A stretch of 64,000 nucleotides of DNA, from the NCBI GenBank assembly GCA_040755995.1, contig JBFMAF010000032.1, positions 161,306 to 225,305 of the forward strand. Reading direction: 5' to 3'. Below the pieces are notes generated by a model that worked only from the letters and a program-made list of their open reading frames with translations, did not search any database and was not told the origin of the DNA. Shown here piece after piece: positions 9,902-20,376 of the stretch. This DNA comes from Acidobacteriota bacterium (GTDB taxonomy: Bacteria; Acidobacteriota; CAIWXX01). How positions within the stretch are numbered: the stretch's first letter is position 1; every line of letters begins with the position of its first letter. Position numbers and translations under genes: made by a program.

Positions 9902-10957
9902 TCAGGCCTTCTCGAACAAGCTGCCGGTCAGCGCGAAGCGCGACGCAAGCGATGATGCCATGGAGGTGAGCTTGATGACGGCGACATCCATGGTGGAGAC
10001 CCTCACGTGCAGGTGAAGGGCGTTCGCCCGCTGCTGCATCTTGTGCAGGAGCGTCGCCGCCTGGGCGGGTGTTACGCCGGCGTTCTTCACGAGCGCCTCG
10101 GCGATGGGCCGCGAATGCGCGGCGACCACCTCGGCCAGCGGGATCATCCCCGATGGTGATGGATTCGGCCTGAAGCGCCCGATCCGCCTCAGCAGCGGAT
10201 CGATGTAGCCGGTGGCTCTGCGTCGGTACTTGACGAGCGAGGTCCCGAGGACCTCGCCGACCGTCCGCTTGATCGATTCGACCGGAGAATCACGTTCCGC
10301 TGGATTCAAAGGCATGGCCGGCGCAGCGCGACCGTAGCGCTCGACGAGCTCCGACACGAACCCGAGCTTGCGGAGCGCTCCCCTCTTGTTCCTATAGACC
10401 TGCCGCCAGTTGGACCTCGGATCCAGCCAGACGCTGAAGGTCTCGGCGAAGTCGTCGTCCGGGTGCTTCTGCGCGTAGTGATCGAGGTTGGGGTTGACGA
10501 AATCGCGGCTCCATGGACGGGGCTTGTAGCGATCCGTGCTGGGGTAAGTATCGTAGAAGCTGCCTTTGACGCTGAAGACCGTGCGGAACTCGGGCTCCTT
10601 GTACAGGCGGTGGGCGTAGCAGAAGGCGTGGCCGGTTTCGTGCCTGAGGAGGTAGTCGATCGTCCAGGCGTCGTGCGCCCATCCCCGCGCCTCCTTGTTG
10701 AGCCTCCTCAGGAGCGGATCGGCATCATAGAACCCCACCTCGATATTCGCGGTTCCGGTCACACACCCCCAGTCCTCCCCCATGTAGAACAGCGGTCTCA
10801 GCCGAATCCCGCGCCTCTTCAGACGCGCCATGTGCCTGTTGACATGCATCTGTAGCGGCGATTGGCGCAGGTCGAGCTCGAGCCGGCAGACCGGTGCCGT
10901 GAGAAGCTCCAGCTTCTTCGTGGCCTCGTTGAAGAGCAGCCGTCGAAGCTCCGTCAT
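9902..10957 (-). CDS. Putative zinc-binding metallopeptidase
   Basis: LLRHETGHA (HExxH) and HYAQKHPDDDFAETF motifs. Confidence 0.82.
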   Translation of the reverse strand: MTELRRLLFNEATKKLELLTAPVCRLELDLRQSPLQMHVNRHMARLKRRGIRLRPLFYMGEDWGCVTGTANIEVGFYDADPLLRRLNKEARGWAHDAWTIDYLLRHETGHAFCYAHRLYKEPEFRTVFSVKGSFYDTYPSTDRYKPRPWSRDFVNPNLDHYAQKHPDDDFAETFSVWLDPRSNWRQVYRNKRGALRKLGFVSELVERYGRAAPAMPLNPAERDSPVESIKRTVGEVLGTSLVKYRRRATGYIDPLLRRIGRFRPNPSPSGMIPLAEVVAAHSRPIAEALVKNAGVTPAQAATLLHKMQQRANALHLHVRVSTMDVAVIKLTSMASSLASRFALTGSLFEKA

Positions 10958-10973
10958 GCAACCCCCCCCGCAA

Positions 10974-12098
10974 TCACTCCTGGACTAGAATCGACTCGTC
11001 CGGCCGCGACTCCGCCGCGGCCCGGTCGGTCTTCCGCCCCCTCGCCAGAGCCTCCTCCACGATCCGCCGCAGGGTAGCACCGAAGGTCAGCCCGGCGGCA
11101 GCAGCAGATGCCATGAACGCCACTCCCTCGGTGAGGTCCGGGTTCGGATTAACCTCCAGTACATAAAGCCGGCTCTCCTTGTCGAGACGCATGTCGATCC
11201 GCGCATAGTCGCGGCATCCGAGGATCTGATACGTGCGCAGAGCGACATCTCGTACCCTGCGCTTGACGACCCGCGGCAGCCTGGCCGGGCATATCAGGTC
11301 GGCCTTGTGGAACACCTCATGCAGCGGGTTCCACTTCGATTCGAATGTGACGATTCCCCAGTACTCGGGCGGCAGTCCCGAGAAATCCACCTCCTCCACC
11401 GGCAGCACCTGGGGGCCGCGATTGCCCAGAACGGAAATGCCGAGCTCGCGCCCGGCGACGAATTCCTCGATCAAGGCCGGCTGCCGGTATTGCGTGAGCA
11501 CCAGGTTGACTCGATTCTCGAGCTGCTCGCGGTTCTCCACGATCGACTTCTCGTGAATACCGAGGCTCGCATCCTCCGAGGACGGCTTCACGATGAGCGG
11601 ATAGCGCAGTCCCGACAGGCGCGGTATCGGCCTGCGCGCGACGAGCTTGTATCGCGGGGTCGGTATGCCGTTGGCCTTCAGAATCTGCTTGGTCAGACCC
11701 TTTCGCTGGCAAACGGCGAGCGTCAGAGGCGGCGAGCCCGTATACGGTATCCCCAGTAGCTCGTAGAGCGCCGCCACTCGAGCCTCCTGTCTGGCATCGT
11801 AGCGAAAGGACTCCACCAGATTGAACACGGCGTCCGGACGAGGCTCCTTCAGCGCCCCCAGCAGGCGCTCGAAGTCATCCTGGATGTTGATGATCCTTGT
11901 GGCGAAGCCCTCGCACTCCAGGGCGCTCGCGATGGCCCGGATTTCGTCGCGAACTGTCGCAATCTGCGCAATGTCATCCAGCCTCCCCGTCGGCGATTCG
12001 ATACTCCCGTCCTGGACCTTCCTGCGAAGAACCTCATACTCATCCTCGCCGACGAAATTGTGGATGACCGCTACTGATGCCTGCTCTGAGCGCGCCAT
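10974..12098 (-). CDS. D-Ala-D-Ala ligase-like ATP-grasp protein
   Basis: PDAVFNLVE, YPLIVKPSSEDASLGI, EEFVAGRE, DYARIDMR, LEVNPNP. Confidence 0.88.
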   Translation of the reverse strand: MARSEQASVAVIHNFVGEDEYEVLRRKVQDGSIESPTGRLDDIAQIATVRDEIRAIASALECEGFATRIINIQDDFERLLGALKEPRPDAVFNLVESFRYDARQEARVAALYELLGIPYTGSPPLTLAVCQRKGLTKQILKANGIPTPRYKLVARRPIPRLSGLRYPLIVKPSSEDASLGIHEKSIVENREQLENRVNLVLTQYRQPALIEEFVAGRELGISVLGNRGPQVLPVEEVDFSGLPPEYWGIVTFESKWNPLHEVFHKADLICPARLPRVVKRRVRDVALRTYQILGCRDYARIDMRLDKESRLYVLEVNPNPDLTEGVAFMASAAAAGLTFGATLRRIVEEALARGRKTDRAAAESRPDESILVQE

Positions 12099-12315
12099 GC
12101 GGTGAGCCCTAGTTCAACATGCCGGGCGAGAGCCGGCGGATCAACACGACGTCAAACTGCGCCGAGGGGCGCACGGTGCCCGGATCGACAGTCGTCATGC
12201 TGCGATGATGGCCGGTCGGGAGCATGATGTCAAGCGAAGGTTCACGTTGACACCGGCCTCGATTCTCCCGAATGCAAGGGAGATGCGGCCGCGGTGGCGT
12301 CTGCCTCGCCGCAAC

Positions 12316-12344
12316 TTGACATGATGCTGGTCGCGGCCTACATT
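12316..12344 (+). promoter_or_regulatory. Sigma70-like promoter, probably leaderless
   Basis: TTGACA-17 bp-TACATT, 6 nt before ATG 12351; no Shine-Dalgarno. Confidence 0.55.
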
Positions 12345-12350
12345 GCCCCC

Positions 12351-13970
12351 ATGACCGCCGGAAGTAGCGGCTCTCCGACGCGCGCCTCAGCCCCGGTCGG
12401 TGCTATCCCTCCGCCGGCAGGCGAAGAGGCGATGTCGCAAGTCGGCTACGCCGGGTTCCTGGCGCTGATCAGCGTCCTCGCAACCATTCTCATCCTCTAC
12501 TTCTTCTGCCCGCATTTTGCATCTTGGCGCGAGCTGAAGCTCGTGGATGATCCCGACTTCCCTCTCTCCCCCACCACACAACGAGCAGCGGATACACTGG
12601 ACCAGTTGAAGCATCCGTTCGCGCCGACACCTCAGAGGTATCCCGACTGCAACAGAGTCATCACGTGGCGCATCCTGTTCCCTGTGATTTGGCATTACCT
12701 GTCCCTGCCTGTGTGGCTTCTTCTGCTGATGCCATACCTGGGTTGCCTGCTCACCCTGGGATCGGCCACACACATCGTCTACCAGCGGACAAGGAGCCGC
12801 CGCTGGGCCTTCTATGCCGCGGCTTTGACGGGTGCCAGCCCCTGGTTCTTTGTCAGCACAGGATGGCTCGCATATTTCGATTCCTGGCTGATGATGGGCC
12901 TCTTGACACTTGCATTCGCCAGATCACGAGTAGCCCTGACGATCGCCTGCCTGTGCGTTCCCTGGATCGACGAACGCCTGCTGACGGCCGTCCCCCTATG
13001 CATCACCATCCGTGCAGTTGAGATAGCCATTCAAGATCGTGACAGAGCCAAGGGGCTGATCCGGGATAGTCTGGCCATTCTCGTGCCCTGCATGGTCTAT
13101 CCCTTTCTCCGGCTTCTGCTGGCGTCCGGGGGAATAGGGGGCGTTGAGACCGCTGAGTACGTGCACTACCACCTCAGCTGGACGAGATTGACATCGGTCA
13201 GCCTGCTTCGCTATGTGGACGGCCTCTGGTCCGCCCTGCGGGCCGGATGGTTCTTCGTCGTCGCGTTGCTCTGGCTGCTCTGGGTGGCGGGTCGCCGGCT
13301 GCTCTGTTGTGTCCTCACCGCATGCCTGGTCTGCTCGATCATGGTGTGGTTGGTTATCGCGATCGATCTCAGCCGATCTCTCGGCATGCTCGCGCTGGTC
13401 TCTCTCACTGGCATTCTGTATATGGCCAGGCAGAAGCCCGGATTACTGAGAACCGCCCTGCCGGTTGTGGCGACAGCCAATCTCCTATTGCCGGCGACGC
13501 ACGTACTGACGATCTACCGGATTCCGATCCTCTATGTCTATTCCGAGGTATTCAACTGGCAGCACCCCTCACCTTACCTCGATCCGAACTCTTACACCGA
13601 ACAGGGGGTAGAGTGTCTGAGGAGGGGACAATCGGCCGAAGGAAGGTCCAATCTCGACCGGGCCCTCAAGCTTGACGGGGAATCGGGACCGGCATATCTG
13701 GCTCGATCGACTGCGCGGCTTCAGACCGGCGACATCAGGGGCGCCATGGCGGATGCGGAGCAAGCCATACGTTACGGTCCGCAGGATGTTGAGGCTTACT
13801 ACATCCGGGCCTTGGCGCGCCTCGCCTCTCGCAATCCGGTGGGCGCCGCATCTGACCTGCGGCATGCCCTGCAGCTTGCACCGCCCGACTGGCCCCGTCA
13901 TAGGGAAGTGCAAGAGATGCTGGCCAGGGTGGGACAGTCGTCTCCGAAAGCACCGCCGAACCCTCGGTGA
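12351..13970 (+). CDS. Multi-pass membrane protein with C-terminal TPR repeats
   Basis: Many hydrophobic segments followed by TPR-like helices (AYLARSTARLQTGDIRGAMADAEQAIRYGP). Confidence 0.75.
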   Translation: MTAGSSGSPTRASAPVGAIPPPAGEEAMSQVGYAGFLALISVLATILILYFFCPHFASWRELKLVDDPDFPLSPTTQRAADTLDQLKHPFAPTPQRYPDCNRVITWRILFPVIWHYLSLPVWLLLLMPYLGCLLTLGSATHIVYQRTRSRRWAFYAAALTGASPWFFVSTGWLAYFDSWLMMGLLTLAFARSRVALTIACLCVPWIDERLLTAVPLCITIRAVEIAIQDRDRAKGLIRDSLAILVPCMVYPFLRLLLASGGIGGVETAEYVHYHLSWTRLTSVSLLRYVDGLWSALRAGWFFVVALLWLLWVAGRRLLCCVLTACLVCSIMVWLVIAIDLSRSLGMLALVSLTGILYMARQKPGLLRTALPVVATANLLLPATHVLTIYRIPILYVYSEVFNWQHPSPYLDPNSYTEQGVECLRRGQSAEGRSNLDRALKLDGESGPAYLARSTARLQTGDIRGAMADAEQAIRYGPQDVEAYYIRALARLASRNPVGAASDLRHALQLAPPDWPRHREVQEMLARVGQSSPKAPPNPR

Positions 13971-13984
13971 CGCTGGACGCCCGC

Positions 13985-14115
13985 CTCAGCGCACCGGTCG
14001 CATGGCAGGAATTCGGCTCGCATCGGCGCGCCGTCAAGGTCGCCTACTCGATCGGCGGCCTTTCATACGGTTTCTCGCTCGGCGAATTCGATCGCGACGC
14101 GCCTGTATACATCGG
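13985..14115 (+). pseudogene. Fragment resembling the N-terminal domain of SBBP beta-propeller surface proteins
   Basis: APVAWQEFGSHRRAVKVAYSIGGLSYGFSLGEFDRDAPVYI resembles the PxAYQ...GFxxGxYDxxxPLxIDP segment; the rest of the gene is absent. Confidence 0.45.
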
Positions 14116-14244
14116 GTTCGCGGTATTGCTCTCGGCGGCCCTGACCGGATGCGAGCCCCCTTCCATCACAGCACAGCCTCAGAGCCGATCGCCCGTGCCG
14201 GCGCCCCGGGGCTCTCGCTCGCGCGCCCGCGCCGCGCCCTTTGA

Positions 14245-16970
14245 TTGTCGATCGCAAGGCGAGTAGAATCCGCTCGGCATCCTGGGAGCGTTTTCTTGGA
14301 TCCCGATGAATCACGTGTGGAGTCGAGCAGGCCGGCTGAGGCGCCTGCAGATCACAGCAGGCCCACCGAGTCTGCCGACCTGCTGAAGACAGGAGGCGTG
14401 CTGGCTTGGTGCCTCGACGCCGCGACCGGCCCCGCCGGAGCCGCAGAGGGCGCGTGGCGCCCCGGCGACCGCGTCGGGCGGCTGACGATCCAGTCTCTCA
14501 TCGGACGCGGCGGAATGGGCGAGGTCTATCGCGGTGTCGACGAGAAGCTGGGCCGCCCTGTCGCCATCAAGAGACTGCGGCCGGACTGGCGCCTGGATTC
14601 CGCCAGCAGGGAGAGGATGCTGCGCGAGGCGCAGATCCTGTCGAAGCTTCAACACCCCGGGATCTGTCAGATCTTCGACCTGATCGAGGCCGAAGACGCC
14701 GACGTCCTCGTGATGGAGTTCGTCGAGGGGGCAACCCTCTCGGCGGCGCGGCCCGGCCTGGGCCGCGAGCAGAAGCTCGTAGTGGCCGAGAGGATTGCCG
14801 ATGCCATCGCCGCGGCACACCGCCGCGGCGTGATTCATCGCGATCTCAAGGCGGACAACGTAATGGTGTCATCTGATGGCTCGGTCAAGGTACTGGACTT
14901 CGGGATCGCCTTCTCTCTCGCCGGTCCCGCTCCGGTGACCCTCCCGGATGGTGCGGCCGCTCTCGAGACGCCTGGTGCAGATGAGACCCAGATTGGCTGG
15001 GGCTCCCGCCTGACTACCCGGGGTATGATCGTCGGCACGCCGAGATACATGAGCCCCGAACAGGTGGGGGGCACGGCTCTGACCACGGCGAGCGACATCT
15101 ACTCGCTGGGGATTATGCTCCAGGAATTCTTCACGGGAACGCCCGCCTACGGCGATGTTGAGGCACAGGAGTTGGTGCGGCGAGTCCTTCGAGGCGACTC
15201 GGCGAGCCCTTCGGGACTGGATCCCGACCTGGCACGTCTGCTCGTACAGATGAAAGACCGCTCGCCAGAGAAACGGCCGACGGCCGAGCAGGTCGCTGCA
15301 CGGCTCAGACAGGTCCGTGCCAAGCCGGCGCGGCGCCGGTTCATCGCGGCCGCCGTAGTTGTCTGCCTGGCGCTCGTCGGCATCACCGCAGTCGTTTCGC
15401 TGAGACTCGGACACGAAGCCCCGTTGATTCCGGCCGGGCAGCGTGGTCGAGTCGTGCTGCTGCCGTTCGAGAACGATACCGGCGAGGCAAGACTCGCCTG
15501 GGTCTCCAGCGGCCTCCGCGATCTGGTCGCCCAGACACTGGACGGGGTAGAAGGGATCGAGGTCGTCTCTCCGGAGCGCGTGGATCGCCTCTTCGGCGAT
15601 GTTGCGAGAGCATCCGCAGACATCGCGGCGCTCCAGCGCCTCGTATCCGACCTTGGTGCCGAGGTCCTCGTCCATACAGTGGTCCGCAAGGACGAAGGCG
15701 TATACGTGTTCGAATCGGAGATCATGACGCGCGGGGGCCGTGCCGGGAAACGCACGATTCGTCAACCCGATTTGAGCAAAGCCGCTTCCGCTCTCTCAGA
15801 TCGTCTCGTCCACCGACTGGTACCGGTCGCCGCATACTCGGGGCTCGAAGACCGGTTCTCAGACGACCCGCTCGCCAATCGGCTGTATGCGATGGGGTTG
15901 GACTCGTATCGGAAAGAAGGAGCTGGCGGGGCGAGCGATTGTTTCCGAGTGGCCCTGCGAGTAGACCCCGAGCTCCAGTGGGCCCGTGTGATGCTCGGTG
16001 AGTGCGCCGACAGGCTAGCCTCGTGGGACGAATCCCGGCGATACCTCGATGAGGCCCTTGCATACGCACGGAAGACCCAGGACTTGCAAATGATCTCGGC
16101 TTGCACGAGTCGCATGGCACGTCTGGCGATTCATCGGAACGAGTTCGACGAAGCCGAGCGCCTCGCGCAGTCCGCGCTGCGCATGGCGCGCGACCTGGGG
16201 GATCGCGAACGCGAAACCGAGGCGCTTGCGCAGCTCGGTGAAGTGATGCGGTCGCGTGAGGAATGGAAGAAAGCCGAGGAGTACTATCGAGAGGCGCTGG
16301 CTATCAGGAGGCAGCTCGGCGACAGAATCGGGGAGGCGATTGCGCTGCACAACGTTGGTGTGGCCATCGCCTCCCAGCATGGCCGGCTCGACGAGGCTCG
16401 AAGCGTCCTCGATGAGTCATTGAAGCTCAAGCGATCGCTCAACATGATGGCCTTCGAAGCAATGACGCTGAACAGCCTGGCCTACATCGCGATGAAACAG
16501 GGAAGGCTCGACGAGGCCACCCGTCTCTATGAGCAGGCACTGCAGAGCTATCGAGAAATGCGTGACCCCAGCTCCGCCAGCCAGTGCTCTCGAACCTGGG
16601 CAACGTCGAGCAGGAACGGCAGAACTACGACGCAGCGCGTGGGTACTATGAACAAGCATGCAGGCTGGCCAAGGAAATAGGTGATCAGAACTCGCTGACG
16701 ACAAATGCCTTCAACCTGGCATTCCTCCTCAGCTTGATGGGCCGCGCCGATGAGGCCGAGCCGTACCTTGCGATCGCCAAGAGCAGGTACGGTGAGGGAT
16801 GGGATGTCATGCTCATCGAGGCCCGGCTGGCGTGGGTCCGAGGTGACGCGCACCGGGCCCGGGCACTCGCAGCGCAGGCGCGGAAGCTGGCCGGGGATGA
16901 GTGGATGCCAGCATACGAGGGCGAGATCTTCGGGCCGATTGCGGGGCAGCAAGCCAGCAGGGACAAATGA
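14245..16970 (+). pseudogene. Ser/Thr protein kinase - TM - TolB-N-like - TPR protein with a frameshift near 16575
   Basis: IGRGGMGEVY, VAIK, HRDLKADN, DFG, GTPRYMSPE. The TPR array continues in another frame (ORF 16584..16970, VLSNLGNVEQERQNYDAARGYYEQA). True start uncertain (possibly TTG 14296). Confidence 0.8.
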
Positions 16971-17085
16971 AACAGAGCCGCGCGCGCTGTATGGCGCCGA
17001 TTTCGAGGCAACTCGCTCTCGCTCCGGTTCCTTCGCGACGAGCACCCGGAGTAAAATACGCAATGGGACGGCGCAGGAGCGGCGA

Positions 17086-17649
17086 ATGAAGGAAGGTCAG
17101 GGCGGTTTCACCGAAATGCTGCACGCATACTCGCGCGGCCACGCCGAGGCATTCGATCAGCTGTTCGCTCTGGTATACGACCAGTTAAAGATGCTCGCGC
17201 GGCGCCAACTCAGAGGCCGCCGGCCGGGCCAGACCCTCTGCACGACCGCGCTGGTACATGAAGCGTACCTGAAGCTGTCCGGAGGCGCCGCCGTGGACTA
17301 TCAGGATCGCGGACATTTCTTCGCAGTGGCTGCGCGCGCGATGCGCCAGATCGCGGTCGACTTCGCGCGCCGTAAGCTGGCGGGCCGGCGAGGCGGTGGA
17401 GCCGCAACCGTGCCGGCCGATGAGATCGAGCTGCCGGTCCAGGCGGAAGCCGACCGGGTTCTGCGGTTGGACCGTGCGCTGGACCGTCTCGGCGAGACGC
17501 ACGAACGGATGGCTCGAATCGTCGAGTGCCGCTGTTTTGCCGGGTTCACGGAGGAGGAGACCGCTTCGAGCCTCGGCCTCTCGCTGCGCACCGTCCAACG
17601 CGACTGGTTGGAAGCCAAGAGGATTCTCCGCGACGAGCTGTCGCGCTGA
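17086..17649 (+). CDS. ECF sigma factor of the kinase-associated type
   Basis: VYDQLKMLARRQL, TLCTTALVHEAYLKL, HFFAVAARAMRQI, SLRTVQRDW; GGAG RBS. Confidence 0.9.
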   Translation: MKEGQGGFTEMLHAYSRGHAEAFDQLFALVYDQLKMLARRQLRGRRPGQTLCTTALVHEAYLKLSGGAAVDYQDRGHFFAVAARAMRQIAVDFARRKLAGRRGGGAATVPADEIELPVQAEADRVLRLDRALDRLGETHERMARIVECRCFAGFTEEETASSLGLSLRTVQRDWLEAKRILRDELSR

Positions 17650-17735
17650 CGCAGGCCACTTCATACTCTCCACCCTCTACGCGAGCCGCGGCCATGGCGG
17701 CCTTGCATGTTCCATCGGGCCGAGGCCGCGCCTCG

Positions 17736-19175
17736 CTAGTAGCGGATCACGTGTTGCGTCAGGAACCGGCTTATCGCTTCGGCGGCCAATTGGTTGCCAC
17801 GTTCGCTGTAGTGAGTGTCGTCGGTGAGGTACAGCCCGCCGCCGCTGCCGGCCTGGTGGAAGGCGGGGAGCAGGTCTATGATCGGTATCTGTCGCGCAGC
17901 CGCGTAGCTCAACAGGAACTGCTGAGGCTGCTCCAGATCATACGCCCGCAGGTTGAGCTGGTATGCCCGCGCGAGTTCCTGCAGGAGGGCAGGTTCCACT
18001 TGAAACTGGTCGGGATGAATCACGATGATGTACCTCGCTCCGATCCGCCTCGCCTTTTCGGCCAGCCGGTCCAGCAAGCTGGAGGCGTTAGTCCAGACGG
18101 GATCCTCGGGGGAGATGTTCGCCTGGCAGATCGTAAGCCGCCTGCGTTCGATCCTGAGGAACTCGCTGTGCGCGAACGTGCCGGCGGGTACCTCCGATGA
18201 CTGCTGCGCGGTCCTTTGGCGGGCGTCGCGCAGAGCGACCGCCGTGTTGGCGAGCCACTGCCGCAGGAGGAAGTGGTGGGGCAGCCAACCAGCCGGACCT
18301 TTGGTGTACTCCATGTCGATGCCTCGCCACGCAGCCGGCTCCTCACGCGGATTGCCCCAGAAATCGTTCCCGATGAAGATGCCGTGCAGGACTACATCGG
18401 GACCGTACCGTGGCCCGAAACGTTCGAACAGCTCGACCTCTTCCGGCAGGTCGTAGGCTCCCACGGAGAAATTCAGCACTTCTACTTTCCGGCTGTCCGC
18501 CTGCAGGAGCTCCTCGAGTAGAAAGTGATAGTTCTTGTCGCCTCCCGCCCTGCCGAAGGAATCCGATAGGCCGAGGATGCGGAACGTGTTTGGCGGCTTC
18601 GCGAAAGCTACCGGATGTGGCCAGGAGGCCGATACGATGCTGTTGAATGCAGCCTCGTCACGCGGCACACGGAACTCGACGAGATAGAGGCGCATGACGA
18701 CCTCGATGCCGCACACGCACATTGTGACTGCGAGCAAGGCCAGCGCGAGGTTCTGCAGTGTCGCCCTGGGCCTTGTGCTCGCAAGCGAAAGCATAGTCGC
18801 GATTGCCAGGAGCAGGCCCAGAACGACGAAAAGCAGCAGGTGCTGCGGGAGAAGGCTCCCCACATCATCCAGCAGCGTGGTGGTGAAATCCACGAGCAGA
18901 AGCGCCCCGATGCCTAGGACCGCCGGGAGGATCAGAGGCACCTGACGCAAACGCGCCGTCATACGCTCCCAGCGCTCCGGCACAGCCACCACCCAGGACG
19001 CCGCGATTGCCATGATCGTCAGGGCGCCAAAGAGAATCACTGCGTCCCAGGCATATCTCCCAGGTATCGCAGGTGTGTCGCTCTTCGGTATCAACGACGC
19101 GATGGCCACCAGGAAGAGCGTGATGGGCAGCAACCAGCGGCCGGGAATCTGGCGAGGTGGCCCCATCCGGGTCAC
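17736..19175 (-). CDS. Membrane-anchored SGNH/GDSL hydrolase (AlgX/AlgJ-like)
   Basis: N-terminal TM helices; ILGLSDSFG, FIGND, DDTHYSERGN motifs. Confidence 0.78.
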   Translation of the reverse strand: MTRMGPPRQIPGRWLLPITLFLVAIASLIPKSDTPAIPGRYAWDAVILFGALTIMAIAASWVVAVPERWERMTARLRQVPLILPAVLGIGALLLVDFTTTLLDDVGSLLPQHLLLFVVLGLLLAIATMLSLASTRPRATLQNLALALLAVTMCVCGIEVVMRLYLVEFRVPRDEAAFNSIVSASWPHPVAFAKPPNTFRILGLSDSFGRAGGDKNYHFLLEELLQADSRKVEVLNFSVGAYDLPEEVELFERFGPRYGPDVVLHGIFIGNDFWGNPREEPAAWRGIDMEYTKGPAGWLPHHFLLRQWLANTAVALRDARQRTAQQSSEVPAGTFAHSEFLRIERRRLTICQANISPEDPVWTNASSLLDRLAEKARRIGARYIIVIHPDQFQVEPALLQELARAYQLNLRAYDLEQPQQFLLSYAAARQIPIIDLLPAFHQAGSGGGLYLTDDTHYSERGNQLAAEAISRFLTQHVIRY

Positions 19176-19481
19176 GCCCCTCCCGCGACCGTGCCGACGT
19201 CACAACCTCCGACACGGGAACGGAGCTCACGCATCTCCAGGCGCAGCTTCTTCACCGGCCCATTGTAGAGCCGTCACCGCCCATTAGCAACGGGCGTTTC
19301 CCTCGAGTCCGCGACAATCCGGCGCGGCGTCGATGCCCTACCCAGTTAGTTGCCGATCATGACCCTAGGCGTGGGCGGAACCGCAGACCTGAATTCCTTC
19401 ACCCACGCAAGGTCGACGCCGCCGGACCTCCGCGGTTCCCGCCCACTTGACAACAAGAGGCGGTTGAGAGACTATTGCCGC

Positions 19482-19500
19482 GATAATGATAATGAATTTC
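19482..19500 (+). promoter_or_regulatory. Fur box
   Basis: GATAATGATAATGAATTTC matches 16/19 of GATAATGATAATCATTATC; TTGACA at 19447-19452; AT-rich patch in GC-rich DNA. Confidence 0.75.
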
Positions 19501-19525
19501 ACTTTCGAATGATGAAAGGAGACCC

Positions 19526-20368
19526 ATGTTACGACGAGCGACGAAACGATCGGGGCATCCCATCCGCCTCGGAACAGTTGCGGGCATCGCGCTGGCGATC
19601 GGGGCCTTGGACGCCGAGGCGACCGAGCGCTACTTCACGTACACGTACGAGCCGGAGACCATGCCGCAGGGTGCGGGAGAGTTAGAGCAGTGGGTGACGC
19701 TTCGGGCCGGGCGCAGCACAGAGGCCGGTGCCGAACGCTACACGCGATGGGTGATCCGCGAGGAGTTCGAGTACGGTGTGACCGATAGCTACACGGCCGC
19801 CATATATCTCAACGCAGCGAGCACATCGTATCGTGATCCGTCCAGCCGCGAGGGGCACAACGAGTTCGAGTTCGCCGGGATTTCGGTAGAGAACCGGGTG
19901 ATGGTGTTCAATCCCACGGAGCATACAGTCGGGCTGGCCCTTTATGTAGAGCCGTCGTACTCGGGGGAGGAGGCGGAGCTCGAGGAGAAGGTGATCTTCG
20001 GCCAGCGCGTGGGCGACTGGAAATGGGCGCTCAACGCCACACACGCCACTGAGTGGGATCTGTTTGACGACGAGTCCGAGGGGGAGCTGGAATTCACCTT
20101 CGGTCTGACTCGACACCTTGGAGACCATTGGTCGATCGGCTTCGAAGTCCGCAATCACAGTGATTTCCCCGGTTACGACGAGTGGGAGCATTCGGCCTTC
20201 TTCGCCGGCCCGGTGATCAGCCATCGCCGCGAGAACTGGTGGGCCGCCCTCACGATCCTTCCGCAGGTCTACGGCAAGGAGGCCCAGGATCAGGATTCCG
20301 ATGGATCCGGCACCCTCGTGCTAGACGGTCACGAACGGTTGGAGGTGCGTCTGATCCTCGGCATATAG
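19526..20368 (+). CDS. Putative outer-membrane beta-barrel protein (DUF6662-like)
   Basis: Signal peptide; ERYFTYTYEPETMPQG, EFEYGVTD, amphipathic beta-strands. Confidence 0.7.
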   Translation: MLRRATKRSGHPIRLGTVAGIALAIGALDAEATERYFTYTYEPETMPQGAGELEQWVTLRAGRSTEAGAERYTRWVIREEFEYGVTDSYTAAIYLNAASTSYRDPSSREGHNEFEFAGISVENRVMVFNPTEHTVGLALYVEPSYSGEEAELEEKVIFGQRVGDWKWALNATHATEWDLFDDESEGELEFTFGLTRHLGDHWSIGFEVRNHSDFPGYDEWEHSAFFAGPVISHRRENWWAALTILPQVYGKEAQDQDSDGSGTLVLDGHERLEVRLILGI

Positions 20369-20376
20369 GAGGCGTC

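Noticed and set aside
10974..12098. Gene symbol ddl
   Set aside because: The N-terminus and gene context differ from cell-wall Ddl, so only a family-level call is supported.
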